Source: Longimicrobiales bacterium (lineage in GTDB: Bacteria; Gemmatimonadota; Gemmatimonadetes; Longimicrobiales; Gaopeijiaceae). Taken from it: 64,000 nt of DNA. The stretch's first letter is position 1. Every line of letters starts with the position of its first letter. Below the pieces are notes generated by a model that saw nothing but the letters and a program-made list of their open reading frames with translations, was not told where the DNA came from and searched no databases. Where the stretch lies: contig OZ242008.1 of assembly GCA_965204735.1 (NCBI GenBank), positions 2,368,001 through 2,432,000 on the forward strand, written 5' to 3'. The position numbers and the translations under genes were made by a program. This document shows positions 36,887 through 49,500 of the stretch, piece by piece.

Positions 36887-37237
36887 TGGAGGCGGCGGGA
36901 GTCGAACCCGCGTCCGCGAGAGGTTCCCTCGAAGCCTCTACGTGCGTAGATCGCCGTTCGGTTCACGTCCGGAGGGGTCGGCGAACCACCCTTCCGAGGC
37001 TAGCCACCTGGCGTCTCGCCTGCCGGTTCAGTAGCCGAAACCGGCAAGCCAGCCCGAATCGTCGACGCTTCGTCGGCCTGCCTCGGGCAGGCGGACCGTG
37101 AAGCGGGCTGCTTGGATCAAGCAGCCAGGGCCAAGTCGTTGTTGGCGTTTGATTGGTTCTCGGGAGGTTTCGCGAGGTTCCCGAACCTCGGCACGCAGCC
37201 GCAAAGTCGCCAAACACGTCGAAACCGTGTCGCCCCC
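36887..37237 (-). ncRNA. ssrA: tmRNA; tag peptide ANNDLALAA
   Basis: 5' GGGGGCGACACGGTTTCGAC, 3' T-arm GCGGGTTCGACTCCCGC and acceptor CGCCTCCA; tag frame 37146..37117. Confidence 0.96.
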
Positions 37238-37305
37238 TGGTTGTCAATCCGCGACCGAACCGATCTCGCCGCCTGGAGGGCACGCGCGTCGGCCGTCGCA
37301 CTCCG

Positions 37306-37314
37306 AATGTACCA
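37306..37314 (-). promoter_or_regulatory. Possible extended -10 for ssrA
   Basis: TGGTACATT ~70 nt upstream of the mature 5' end. Confidence 0.4.
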
Positions 37315-37502
37315 AGAACGGACCGGATGGGGAAGCCGGCTCGTGGGGCACGCGGGCGGGCCGAGCCCCGGTGGACCGGCCGAGCAACCGGGGCCGCCCG
37401 ACGCGCGGGCGGGCGATTCGCTCCGACGGTGGACCACTCGCCGGCCCAGGCTGGCCGCCCGACGGCGCGCGCGGGGCGATTCGCCCCGATTGCAGGGCTG
37501 GA

Positions 37503-40500
37503 CTACTTGAAGGTGATCGTGCCGGCAAGTCCGACGCGGCGTTCCGGGGGCTGGAAGCCGTCGGTCGCCTGCTCGCCGAAGAAGTCCATCACCAGGCGGA
37601 GGCCGGAGGCCTGCTGCTCGGCGGTCTCGCCGCCCAGCGTCGCCCACTGCGTCCCCACGTTCAGGCGGTAGCCGGCCGCGCCCTGGCGGCTCCAGCGGCC
37701 GAACGGCTTGAGCTGGCTGCCGCCGGGCAGCGCCAACCCGTAGCCGACCTCCATCGCCAAGCCGTCCGGCGCCCAGCCTCGTGTGGCCTGGGGCGCTCCG
37801 AAGCCGTGGGCGGACGGGAAGCCGTGGGTCGGGCCGGCGCCGGGGCTCGCGGGACCACCTTGACCGGTGGCGCCGCCGTGGCCGGCTTGGTCGCCGCCGG
37901 CGGGCACGGCGCCGCGCGGAGCCGTCGGACCCATTGCGCCCACGCGCGGCACGCCCGCGGTCCGCCACACGTCGGCGCCGCCTTGCCACAGCGTCTGCGC
38001 TCCGCCCGAGGCATTGCCCCACGACGGCTCCAGCGAGAACGACAGCCCGCCGTCTTCGCGGCGGGGCTGGATCCGCAGCGCCACGGCCGCGCCCCAATCC
38101 TTGAAGTTCCGGTCCTGGTGGATCAGCAGCATCCGGCCACGGGCGTCGAGGCTCAACCCGCTGCCTTCGTGGGTGAACCCCAGGTCGGCGCCCGCTTCGG
38201 CGCCCATCCCCGTCTCCGCGTCGCCCCGGTCGTAGCGACCGCCCACCTCGATGCGCGTGCGCATGGCGATGCTGCCGCTCGTCCACTGCCCGCCCAGCTC
38301 GGGCGCCAGGCGCACCCGCTGCGCGTCGGCCGTCACGGCCGCCACGTGCACGTCGGACGCGTCGGTCATCATGCGCACGGCGAAGGCGTCGGCCTTGAGC
38401 GCCAAGCCGCCGACCAGCTTCTGGCGCACGCCCAGCGCGCCCATCCGCATCCTCAGGTCGGCGTCGTAGGTGGGACCCTGCTCGCCCACGTTGGCGGCGC
38501 CCATCCCCGCGCCCGCCAAGCCCCATATCCCGAAGCCGCCCTGGGACGACCAGCTGAGGTAGGGGTAGAGGCTGGTCAGGTGGGCCTTCGTCTTGCCCAC
38601 GCCGTTGATCCCGCTCTCGTAGTTGGCGGCCACGTCGCTGCGCGAGCCGGCCAAGCCCATCAGGAAGCCCGAGCCGAAGCGGTAGTCCAGGCCCACGTAC
38701 GCCGAGCGGGTGCGGCCGTCCATGGCGAAGTCGTCTTCGGGACGGCCCTCGAACTCGCCGATGTTGGCCTGGCCCCACAGCGTCCAGCCGGCCTGGGAGG
38801 CCGTCTGCGCCGGGGCGCCGTCGGCGTCGGCGCCGCCCTGCTCGTCGGGCGAGCCGCCGCCGAAGGAGAGCTGGAACGAGCTCCGGGAGCGGAGGTCGCT
38901 GCTCGTCAGCGGGCTGAAGCCGATGCCGCCGCGCTCGCGCTCGGCGGGCAGCGCGCCCTCTTCCCGCTGACCCTGGTACGAGCCGCCTTGTCCGAGCGAG
39001 CCGCTCCCGGCGGCGCCCAAGCCCGCCGCGCCGTCGCCGAAGAGGATCGCCGCCAAGTCCAGCGTCCCGCCGGCGCTGCCGCCGGCGACGCCCGGATGGG
39101 TGATCTGGAACCCGAGCAGGCCGGTTGCGTCCCGCACCAGCGACTCGAGTCCGCAACGGCCCGAACCGGCGTGGGCCGCGGCCGCGCCGCCCTCGCCCGT
39201 GCTGTCCGTTTCGGCGACCGCGACCACGCCAGCGCCAGCGCCGCCGAACGCGAGGCAGCTCAGCGAGCGTCCGCCCAGCTGCACGTGCGAGCGGCCCGGC
39301 GAACCCGACGGCTCCAGACCCAACCGACCGCCGATCGTCTCGACCGTCTCCGTGCCCAGCGACCGACCGAACGCCGCCAGCGTCAGCTTCAGCGCACGCG
39401 CCCGATCCGCACGCGACGCCGACACCGTCACGCTCGCCTGCTGCGTCGCCGCCAAGCCCTCCGCGTCGGTCGCCGTCACCGTCACCACCGACGCGCCGAT
39501 CTCCCGCGGCGACACGGACAGCCGGCCCGCGCCCGACACCGACGCTGCCGCCACGTCCGGCGACGACGACACCACCACGTAGCTCAGCGCGTCGCCGTCC
39601 GGGTCACGGAAGTACTCGCCCAGACCCACCTCCCACGGCGCGCCGCCCACCTCGAGCACCGGCGGCGACAGCGACCCCACCGCCTCCGGCCCCTCGTTCA
39701 CGTCCAGCAGCGTCACCACGACCGCAGCCTCCGCCGTCAGTCCGCCCACGTCCGTCACCCGCACCGTCAGCGCGAACTCCGGCGGACCGTCCTCGTAGTC
39801 CTCGCCGGCGCCTACGTAGCGCACCCGCCCGCTCGCGCCGTCCACTGCGAAGCGGCCCGCGTCGCCCTGCGCCAAGCTGTACGTCAGCGCGTCGTCGCGG
39901 TCCGGGTCCGTCGCCTCGACCCGCCCCAGCTCCCGAGGCCCGCGCACGTTCTCGGCCAGCTCGAAGGCGTACGCGGAGTCCACGAACGCGGGCGCCTCGT
40001 TCACGTCCAGCAACAGCACCTTCACCTTCGCCACCGCCGCCAACCCCGCACGGTCCGTCGCCACCACCTCGAACTCCCAGCCATCAGGACCCGTCTCCGC
40101 GTCCTCGCCAGCGCCCACGTACCGCACCACGCCGCTCGACTCGCCCACGTCGAACAACGCCGCGCCCACGCCGCTCAAGCTGTAGACGAGCGTGTCGCCC
40201 ACGTCCACGTCGGTCGCCTCGACCGCGCCCAGCTCGACCGGGCCCGCCACGTGCTCCGCCAGCTCCCACTCCCAGATCGGCTCGACGAACACCGGGCCCT
40301 CGTTCCGGTCCTCGAGCGTCACCACCACCCGCGTCCGCGCTGTCAGGCCGCCTCGGTCCGTCGCCGTCACCTCCAGCTCCCAGCTGCCCGGACCCGTCTC
40401 CGCATCCTCGCCGGACCCCACGTACCGCACGGCACCGCTCGTCGCGTTCACCTTGAACCGCTCGGCGTCGCCCGCCGTCAGCGCGTACGACAGCCAGTCG

Positions 40501-43500
40501 CCGCCGTCCGGGTCCGTCGCCCGTACCTCGCCCAGCAGCAGCGGGCCACGCTCGTTCTCGGCCAGATCGAAGGCGTACGCAGAGTCGGCGAACGCTGGCC
40601 CCTCGTTCACGTTCGTCAGCGCCACCGCCACGACCGCCTTGGCGCTCGAACCCGCCAGGTCCGTCGCCGTGACTTCCAGCTCCCACGACTTCGGTCCCGC
40701 GCCCTCGTAGTCCTCGCCCGAGCCCACGTACTGCACCGCGCCCGTCACGCTGTCCACGGCGAAGCGATCGGCGTCGCCCGACGCCAGCCGGTACGTCAGC
40801 GTGTCGCCCTCGTCCAGGTCCACCGCCTCCACGGCGCCCAGCGCCAGCGGCCCGGCAGCGTTCTCGGCCATGGCGAAGGCGTAGCGCTCGGCAGTGAACA
40901 CCGGCGCGTCGTTCACGTTCACCAGCCGCACCGTCACCGTCGCGTCGCCCGTCCGCTCACCGTCGTCGGCCGTCGCGCGCACGATCATCACGAACTCCGA
41001 ACGCGACTCCGCGTCCTCGCCCGTCCCCACGTACCGCACCTCGCCGGTGCGAGCGTCCACCTCGAAGAGGCCCTCGTCGCCCGCCGCCAGCGAGTACGCC
41101 ACCTCGCCGCCGAAGGGGTCGGTCGCGCTCACCGTCCCCACCACCACCGGCCCCGCCACGTCCTCCGTCAGCTTGAACTCGTACTCGGCGCGACCGAACA
41201 CCGGGTCCGTGCCGCCAGCCCCGTTCACCTGGTGCTCCTCCAGGTTCTCCACCTCGTGGCCGCTCAAGTCCAGCGCAGCCGCCGTCGTGCCGCCCGCGAT
41301 CCGCAGCGCAGCGCCGCCCGTCGCAGTCAGCGCGTCGGCAGCGATGCTGATCCCGTCCTCGTCCCGGTCCGCAGGCTGCACCACGTACTCGAACACCACC
41401 GCCGGCGTGCCCGAACCCGACGCGTAGCTCGCCTGGCGCACGGCCGTCCCGATCTCGATCGACAGCTGCGGCGCGCCCACCACCTCGACCGGCCTGCTGA
41501 ACGTCACCGCCACCCGGATCACGCTGCGCGGACCGTACAGCCCGCTCGCGCCCGGCGTGCTCGTCACCGCCATCGCCATCACCGCCGGAACCGCTTCGAC
41601 CGTGCCGTCCACCTTGTCGTTCGCCGCCGCCGCGATCGCATGGCTGCCCAACGCCAGCACCGCCGGACGAACCCCGTCCGCCGTGTTCACGATCGTCGCG
41701 CCGTTCAGCGTCAGCGCAGCAGCTGCCACGCCCACGCCGTCGGCGTCGGCGTCCACGCCGCCCGTCCCGCTGCCGCCACTGCCCGCGCCCTGCACGCGGT
41801 ACGCGAACGACAGCGTGGCCGTGCCGCTGCCGCCGACGTAGCTCGCCTGACGCGTCGCCGTGCCCACCGTCAGCGCGAGCTGCGGCGCGCCCGTCACCGT
41901 CACCGCGCGGTCGAACGTCACCTGCACCTCGATCCGCTCGCCCAGGCCGTACGTGTCGCCGCTCTCCGGCGTGCTCGACACCGCAACGCCGCTCACCGAC
42001 GCGCCCGCCAGCGTGCCGTCCACCTTGTGGCCCGCAGCAGCGCTCAACGCGTGGCTGCCCAGTCCCAGCGCCGCCGCAGTCGAGCCGTCGCGGGCGTCGT
42101 TGATCGTCCCGCTGTTCAGCGCCAGCGCGCTCGCGCCGATGCTGATCCCGTCGGTGTCGGCGTCCGCCGCCGCCACCGTGTAGCGGAACGTCAGCGTGTG
42201 CGTGCCCGTCCCGCTCGCGTAGTCCGCCTGCCGCGTCGCAGCGCCCACCGTCAACGCCACCTGCGGCGTGTCCGTCACCGCCACGCGACGGTTGAACGTC
42301 ACCTGCACCTCGATCTGCTCGCCCCGCGCGTACGTCGTCGCCACCGCCGGCGAACTCGTCAGCGACACGCCGCTCACCGACGCCGCCGTGAACGTCCCGC
42401 CCGCAACCTTGTGGCCCGCGCTGTTCGTCACCGCGTGGGCGCCCAGCCCCAGAACGGCGTCCACCGTGCCGTTCGCCACGTCGATCATTCCGCCGTTCAG
42501 CGCCAACGCGCTCGCGCCGATGCTCAGCCCGTCGGCGTCCACGTCCGCCGTCACCACGACGTACCGGAACACCAGCGACGCCGTGCCCGTCCCCGAAGCG
42601 TAGCTCGCCTGCTTCGTCGCAGCGCCGATCGTCAGCGCCAGCTGCGGCGTGCCCGTCACGTCCACTCCCTTGTTGAACGTCACCGTCGCGATGATCGTGT
42701 CGCCACGCTCGAAGGTGTCGCCGATCGGCGGCGACGCAATCGACACGCCGCTCACGCCCGGCGGGCCCTGGCTCCCGTCCACGGCCTGGCCCGAAGCGTT
42801 CGTGATCGCGTGCGACCCCAGCCCCAGGCCCGCCGCCGTCGAACCGTCGCGAGCGTCCGAGATCGTCCCGCCGTTCAGCGCCAACGCGCTCGCACCGATG
42901 CTCAACCCGTTCGCGTCCGAGTCGCTCGACTGCACCGTGTAACGGAACGTCAGCACTCGACCGCCCGCCCCCACGCTCGTCGCCGAATCGTACGCCGCCT
43001 GCCGCGTCTGGCTCCCGATCGTCAGCGCCAGCTGCGGCGCGCCCGTCACGCTCACGTGGCGGTCGAACGTCACCTCGACCTCGATCTCCTCGCTCAACCC
43101 GTACACGCTCCCGTCCGCCGGGCTGCTCGCAATCGACACGCCGCTCACCGCCGACGCCGTGAACGTCCCGCCCGCAACGCGCAACGCGCCGTCGTTGCTG
43201 ATCGCATGATGCGCCAAGCTCAGCAACGCGTCCGTCGTCCCGCCCGCCACGTCGATCGTCCCGCTGTTCAGCGCCAGCGCGCTCGCACCGATGCTCAACC
43301 CGTCGGTGTCCACGTCCGCCTGCACCACCACGTACCGGAACACCAGCGACGTCGTGCCCGTCCCCGAAGCGTAGCCCGCCTGCCGAGTCTGCGTCCCAAT
43401 CGACAACGCCAGCTGCGGCGTGCCCGTCACGTCCACCTGCTTGTTGAACGTCACCGTCGCAACCACCGTGTCGCCACGCTCGAACGTGCCGCCCACCAGC

Positions 43501-46500
43501 GGCGAAGCCACCGACAACCCCGCCACCCCCGGCGGCCCCTGGCTGCCGTCCACCTTGTGCGCCGCAGCGTTCGTCACCGCGTGCGACCCCAAGCTCAACG
43601 CCGCAGCAGCAGCGCCCGGACGCACGTCCGCAATCGACCCGCCGCTCAGCGTCAACGCGCTCGCGCCGATGCTCAACCCGACCGTGTCCGCGTCCGCAGG
43701 TCGGACCGCGTACCCGAACACCAGCGTGTCCGCCTTGCTCGTCGCCGAATCGTAGGCCGCCTGCCGCGTCTGCGTGCCAATCGTCAGCGCCAGTCGCGGC
43801 GTGCCCGTCACCGCCACCGGACGACTGAACGCCACCTTCACCTCGATCGACTCGCCCAGCTTGTACGTGCTGTCCGCCGCCGGAGCGCTCGATATCGCGA
43901 CCGCGCTCACCGCCGGCGTCGTGAACGTCCCGCCCGCAACCTTGTGTCCAGCGCTGTTCGCCACCGCGCTCGCGCCCAGTCCCAGCAGCGCGTCCAGCGT
44001 ACCGCCCGCAACCTTGATCGTCCCGCCGTTCAACGCCAACGCGCTCGCGCCGATGCTCAACCCGTCGGTGTCCGCGTCGCCGCTCGCCACCACGTACTGG
44101 AACGCCAGCGTGTCCGTGCCCGTCCCGCTCGCGTACTCCGCCTGCCTGGTCGCGTTCCCGATCGTCAGCGCCAGCTGCGGCGTGCCCGTCACGTCCACCG
44201 CCCGCGTGAACGCCAACGACACCTCGATCGTCTCGCCGCGCTCGAACGTGTCGCCCACCGTCGGAGAACTGATCGACAGCGCCGTCACACCCGGCGGACC
44301 AACGCTCCCGTTCACCTTGTGCGCCGCCGCGTTCGAGATCGCGGCCGAACCCAGTCCCAGGCTCGCCGCCGTCGTTCCGTCCCGCGCGTCGGCGATCGTA
44401 CCGCCGTTCAGCGTCAGCGCGCTCGCGCCGATGCTGATCCCCGTCGAGTCCTCGTTCGTCGCCACCACCGTGTAGCTGAACGCCAGCGTGTTCGTCCCGC
44501 TCCCGCTCGCGTCGTACGCCGCCTGCACCGTGTCGTTCCCGATCTCCAGCGCCAGCTGCGGCGCACCCGTCACCGTCACCGCCCGCGTGAACTCCACATC
44601 GACCTCGATCTGCTCCGTCCGACCGTACGTGCTGTCGCTCGACGGTACGCTCGTGATCGACACGCCGCTCACCGCCGACGCCGTGAACGTCCCCCCAGCC
44701 ACCTTGTGTCCAGCGCTGTTCGTCACCGCATGGCTGCCCAACCCCAGCAACGCGGCCCTCGTCGTGCCCGCCTGCCGGATCGTGCCGCCGTTCAGCGTCA
44801 ACGCGCTCGCACCGATGCTGATCCCGACCGTGTCCGAGTCCGCAGCCACCACCGTGTACCGGAACACCAGCGTGTCCGTGCCCGTGCCCCTCGCGTAGTC
44901 CGCCTGCCGCGTCAGCGTGTCGACCTCCAGCGCCAGCTGCGGCGTCCCCGTCACTTCCACCGCCGTGTTGAACACCACCGACGCCTCGATCGTCTCGCCC
45001 CGCTCGAACGTGTCGCCCACCAGCGGCGAACCAATCGACAACCCGGCCACGACCGCCCCCTGGCCGCCGTCCACCTTCCGCGTCCCGTCGTTCGCCACGG
45101 CCAGCACACCCAAGCCCCTGAACGGCCCGCGCGCATGTGGCCACGACTGAAGATTCCCGCCGTTGAACGCATTCGCCGCGATGCTGATCCCGTCCGCGTC
45201 CATGTCCGAAGCCTGCACCACGTAACGGAACGTGAAGCTCCCGTGCCGGTTCCCGCCTCCGGCTGTCCACGTCGCCTGACGCGTCGAGTCGCCAATCGAC
45301 AGCGCCAGCTGCGGCCCCGACAGCACCACCAGGTCGCCGGAGAACGTCACCGTCGCCTCGATCGTCTCGCCTATCGCGTACGTGTCGCCCGAACTCGGCG
45401 TGTTCAGCGTCAAGCCGCTCGGACCCCGCAACTCGCCCGGGCTCACCCTCTCGCCCGTAAGCCCGCTCCTCAAGTCCAGGATCGCCGCCCTGCTGCTCCC
45501 AGCCTCGTTGATCGTGCCACCGTTCAGCGTCAATGCATCCCGCGCCACCGTGTACGGGTCCGCACCCGAGTTGTCGTAGCCGTGCACCAGATACCGGAAC
45601 ACCAACGCCGTCGTGCCCGTCCCCGACGCGTACTCGGCATGCCGCGTCGCGCTCCCGATCACCACCGCCACACGGGGCGTACCCGTCACGTCCACCGCCC
45701 TGTCGAACGTCACCGTCACCTGTATCCACGCCCCCGCATGGAAGTGGGAAGCCCACACAGCCTTCGAGCCCGTCAGCGCCGCACTCGCCACAACGGGCGG
45801 CGGCAACACGCTCCCGTCCACCTTGTGCGCCGCCGCGTTCGCCACCGCTTGCGCCCCCAAACCCAAGCTCGCCGCCGTCGAGCCGTCCCGAGCGTCGAAG
45901 ATCGTCCCGCCGTTCAGCCCCAACGCGCTCGCCCCGATGCTCAACCCGTCCGTGTCCGCGTCCGCCTGCACCACCACGTACTGGAACACCAGCGTGTCCG
46001 CCGTGCTCGACCCCGACACGTACCCCGCTTGACGCGTCTGCGTACCGATCGTCAGCACCACCTGCGGCGTGCCCGTCACCGCCACCGACCGGTTGAACAC
46101 CACCTGCACCTCGATCTCCTCGCCCCGCCTGTACGTGCTGTCGCCCGCCACCGAACTGCTCGCGATCGACAACCCGCTCACCGACGCCGCCGTGAACGTC
46201 CCCCCAGCCACCTTCCGGCCCGAATGGTTCGCTATCGTCCGACCCGTCAAGTCCAGCAACGCGTTCACCGTCGTCTGCTGACGCCTGACCGTGCCTCCGT
46301 TCAGCGTCAACGCGCCCGCCTCCACGCTCAACCCGTCCGCGTCCGCATCGCCACTCGCCACCACGTAGTCGAACACCAGGAACCACGAGCCCGACGCCCC
46401 GCTGTTGTAGCTCGCCTGACGCGTCGCGCTCCCGATCCGCAACGCCAACCGCGGCGACCCCGTCACCGCCACAGGACCGCTGAACACCACGAACGCACGA

Positions 46501-49500
46501 ATCGTGTCCCCGCGCTCGAACGTGTCCCCCACCACCGGAGCGTCTACCGTCACCCTGTTCACAACCACCGCGTTGCCCGCCACCTTGTGCGCCCCAGCGT
46601 TCGTCACCGCGTTCGACCCCAACCCCAGGCTCGCCGCCGCCGTCCCGCCCGCCAGCACGATCGTACCGCCGTTCAGCGCCAGCGCCGTCGAGTCCACGCT
46701 GATCCCGTCCGCGTCCACGTCCGACGCCCCCACCGTGTGCCGAAACGCCAGAATGTCCGTGCCCGTCCCGCTCGCGTACGACGCCTGCACCGTGTCGCTC
46801 CCGATCCGCAACGCCAACCGCGGCGTGCCCGTCACCGTCACCGCACGATCGAACACCACCTCCACCTCGATCACGTTCCCCGCCGCATACGTCGAGTCCG
46901 GACCCGCGTCGCTCGTTATCGTCACACCGCTCACGCCCGGCGCCGTCTCCTTGCCACCGTCCACCTGGAACAGCACGGAGTTCGCAAAGTTCCACGGCGA
47001 CAAAGACAGGTTCGCGTCCCCCGTCGTGCCCTGCCGCCGGATCGTCGACCCCGACGGCAACGTCAGCGCGTTCGCCCCGATGCTGATCCCCGTCGTGTCC
47101 ACGTCCGACGCCACCACCGTGTAGCAGAACACCACGATCGTCTCGCCCGACTTGTCGCAGTACGACGCCTGCCGCGTCTGCGAATCGATCCCCAGCGCCA
47201 CACGCGGCGGCTGCGCACCCGCTTCCACGTCCACCGCCACGTTGAACCCGACGCCCACCCGAATCACGTCCCCAAGCCCGAACACGCTGTCCGTGCTCGC
47301 GTACGAAAGCCCAGTGTTGTCAGCGTCCAAGAAGAACACGCTCGCCACTACAGGAACGTACGCGCCCCACACCTGGTGCGCCGCCGCGTCCGCGATCGCG
47401 TGGCTCCCCAGCGCCAAGTACGCGTTCGTCGTGCCGCCCGATGCCCTGATCGTCCCGCTGTTCAGCGCCAATGCGCTCGCCCCGATGCTGATCCCCGTCG
47501 AGTCCCTGTCCGCCGTCACTACCACATATTGGAACACCAGCGAGTTCGTGCCCGTCCCGCTCGCGTACTCCGCCTGCCGCGTCAGCGTGTCGACCTCCAG
47601 AGCCACCTGCGGCACGCCCGTCACCGCCACCGTCGAGTCGAACGTCACCGTCACCTCCACCGTGTCCCCAGCGGCGTAGATGCTGTCAGCGCCCGCGTCG
47701 CTCGAAATCGCCAGCCCCGTCACCATCGGCAACCCCTGCGAGCCGCTCACCTTGTGCGTCGCCGCGTTCGCGATCGCGTGGCTCCGCAACCCCAAGTACG
47801 CGTTCACCGTGCCGGAACCCGCCCGCCGGATCGTCGTCCCCGCCGGCAGCGTCAGCGCGCTCGCTCCGATGCTGATCCCCGTCGTGTCCGCGTCGGCCAA
47901 CTGCACCACGTAACGGAAGGTCAGCGAATCGCCGCCCGTACCGCTCGCGTAGCTCGCCCGTCGCGTCTGCGTCCCGATCGTCAGCTCCAGCCGCGGCGTT
48001 CCCGTCACGTCCACGTTCTCGTTGAACACCACCGCTACTTGTACCGTGTCGCCCGCCGCATACGTGTTGTCGCTCCCCGCGTTGCTCGCAATCGACGCGC
48101 CCGTCACGTGAGGCACCGCCTGAGCCCCGTTCACCTTGTGCGCCGAGAGGTTGAGGAGCGGCGTGAAGTCCAAGAACGCGTTCGCCGCGCCCGCCGGCGC
48201 TCCTTGCGTCCTGACGTAGTCGCTTCCGCCCAACGTCATGCTGTCGACGCTGAGCCCGTCCGCGTCCAAGTCGGCCAGCACCGGATTGTACCGCCAGTGA
48301 ATGGTTCTCGTGCCAGTGTTGACGTTCTGAACGTAGCCCTCGCGGACATTCTCTCCAATCGTCAGCCACAGGCCCGAACCCGCCGTCGTAACCGACGCGT
48401 CTATGCCCCGATCGAACACCACGAAGAAGTCGATGATGTCGCCCATGGCCCACGTCTCGTCGGACCCCGAGCCGCTGGGCAACGTAACGCTCGCTATCTT
48501 GGGCACTTGCCACACACGGTGCGCACGGTCGTCCGTGACGACGTGACTCCACAAGCTCAGGTACACATTCACCCCCGCCCTTCTGATCGTCGCCCCCGAC
48601 GGCAGCGTCAGAGCATTGCGCCCGTAGCTGATCCCGTTCGTGTCGCTGTCTCCCGGCGCCACCACGTAGTTGAACCTCAACGTTGCGGTGCCCGTCCCCG
48701 ACACGTAGCTCGCCTGCACCGTCGACGACATTATCAGCGCCAGCTGCGGCGTACCCGTCACGTCCACCGCTTGGCTGAACACGACCTCTATCGCGATCGT
48801 GTCCCCCTCCACGTAGATGCTGTCGGCGCCCGGATCGCTCGTGAACGACGTGCCCGTCACGATCGTCGCACCCGACGTCAGCACCTTGTGGGCCGCCGCG
48901 TTCGCCACAACGAAGTTCACTGTCGTCAGCGACGCGTCCACCGTCGTGCTGCCCGCCCGCCTGATCGTCCCGCCGTTCAACGTCAGCGCGCTCCCCCCGA
49001 TGCTCAACCCGTCCGAGTCCGCGTCGCCGCTCGCCACCACGTAGCGGAACGTCAGCGAATCCGTCCCCGTGCCGCCCGCGTAGCTCGCCTGCCGCGTCTG
49101 CACGCCGATCCCCAGCGCCAGACGCGGCGCGCCCGTCACGTCCACGCTCTCGTTGAACACCACCGCTACTTGCACCGTGTCGCCCGCCGCATACGTGCTG
49201 TCCGTCCCCGCATCGCTCGTGATCGGCATCCGCACCACCGCCGGCGGCCCCGCCAAACCATCCACCTTGTGGGCCGCAGCTTCGGCGACCCTGTGGACCC
49301 GCAAGCCCAGGTACGCGTTCACCACGGACCCCGCCCGCCGTATCGTCCCGCCGTTCAACGTCAGCGCGCTCGAGCCGATGCTGATCCCCGTCGAGTCGAC
49401 ATCCCCAGGCCCTACCGTGTAGCGGAACACCAGAGAATTGCCTCCGCTCCCCAGAGAGTAGACCGCTTGCCGAGTCTCCGTCCCCATCGCCATCGCCAGC

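Noticed and set aside
36880..36920. tRNA gene
   Set aside because: T-arm and acceptor belong to tmRNA; no anticodon arm and a tag frame is present
8847..36966. Many long overlapping Arg/Gly/Pro-rich ORFs (e.g. 3560..6184, 18666..21752, 22228..25347, 25502..30016)
   Set aside because: High-GC shadow frames; only the 3' parts of some correspond to real genes, annotated with corrected starts
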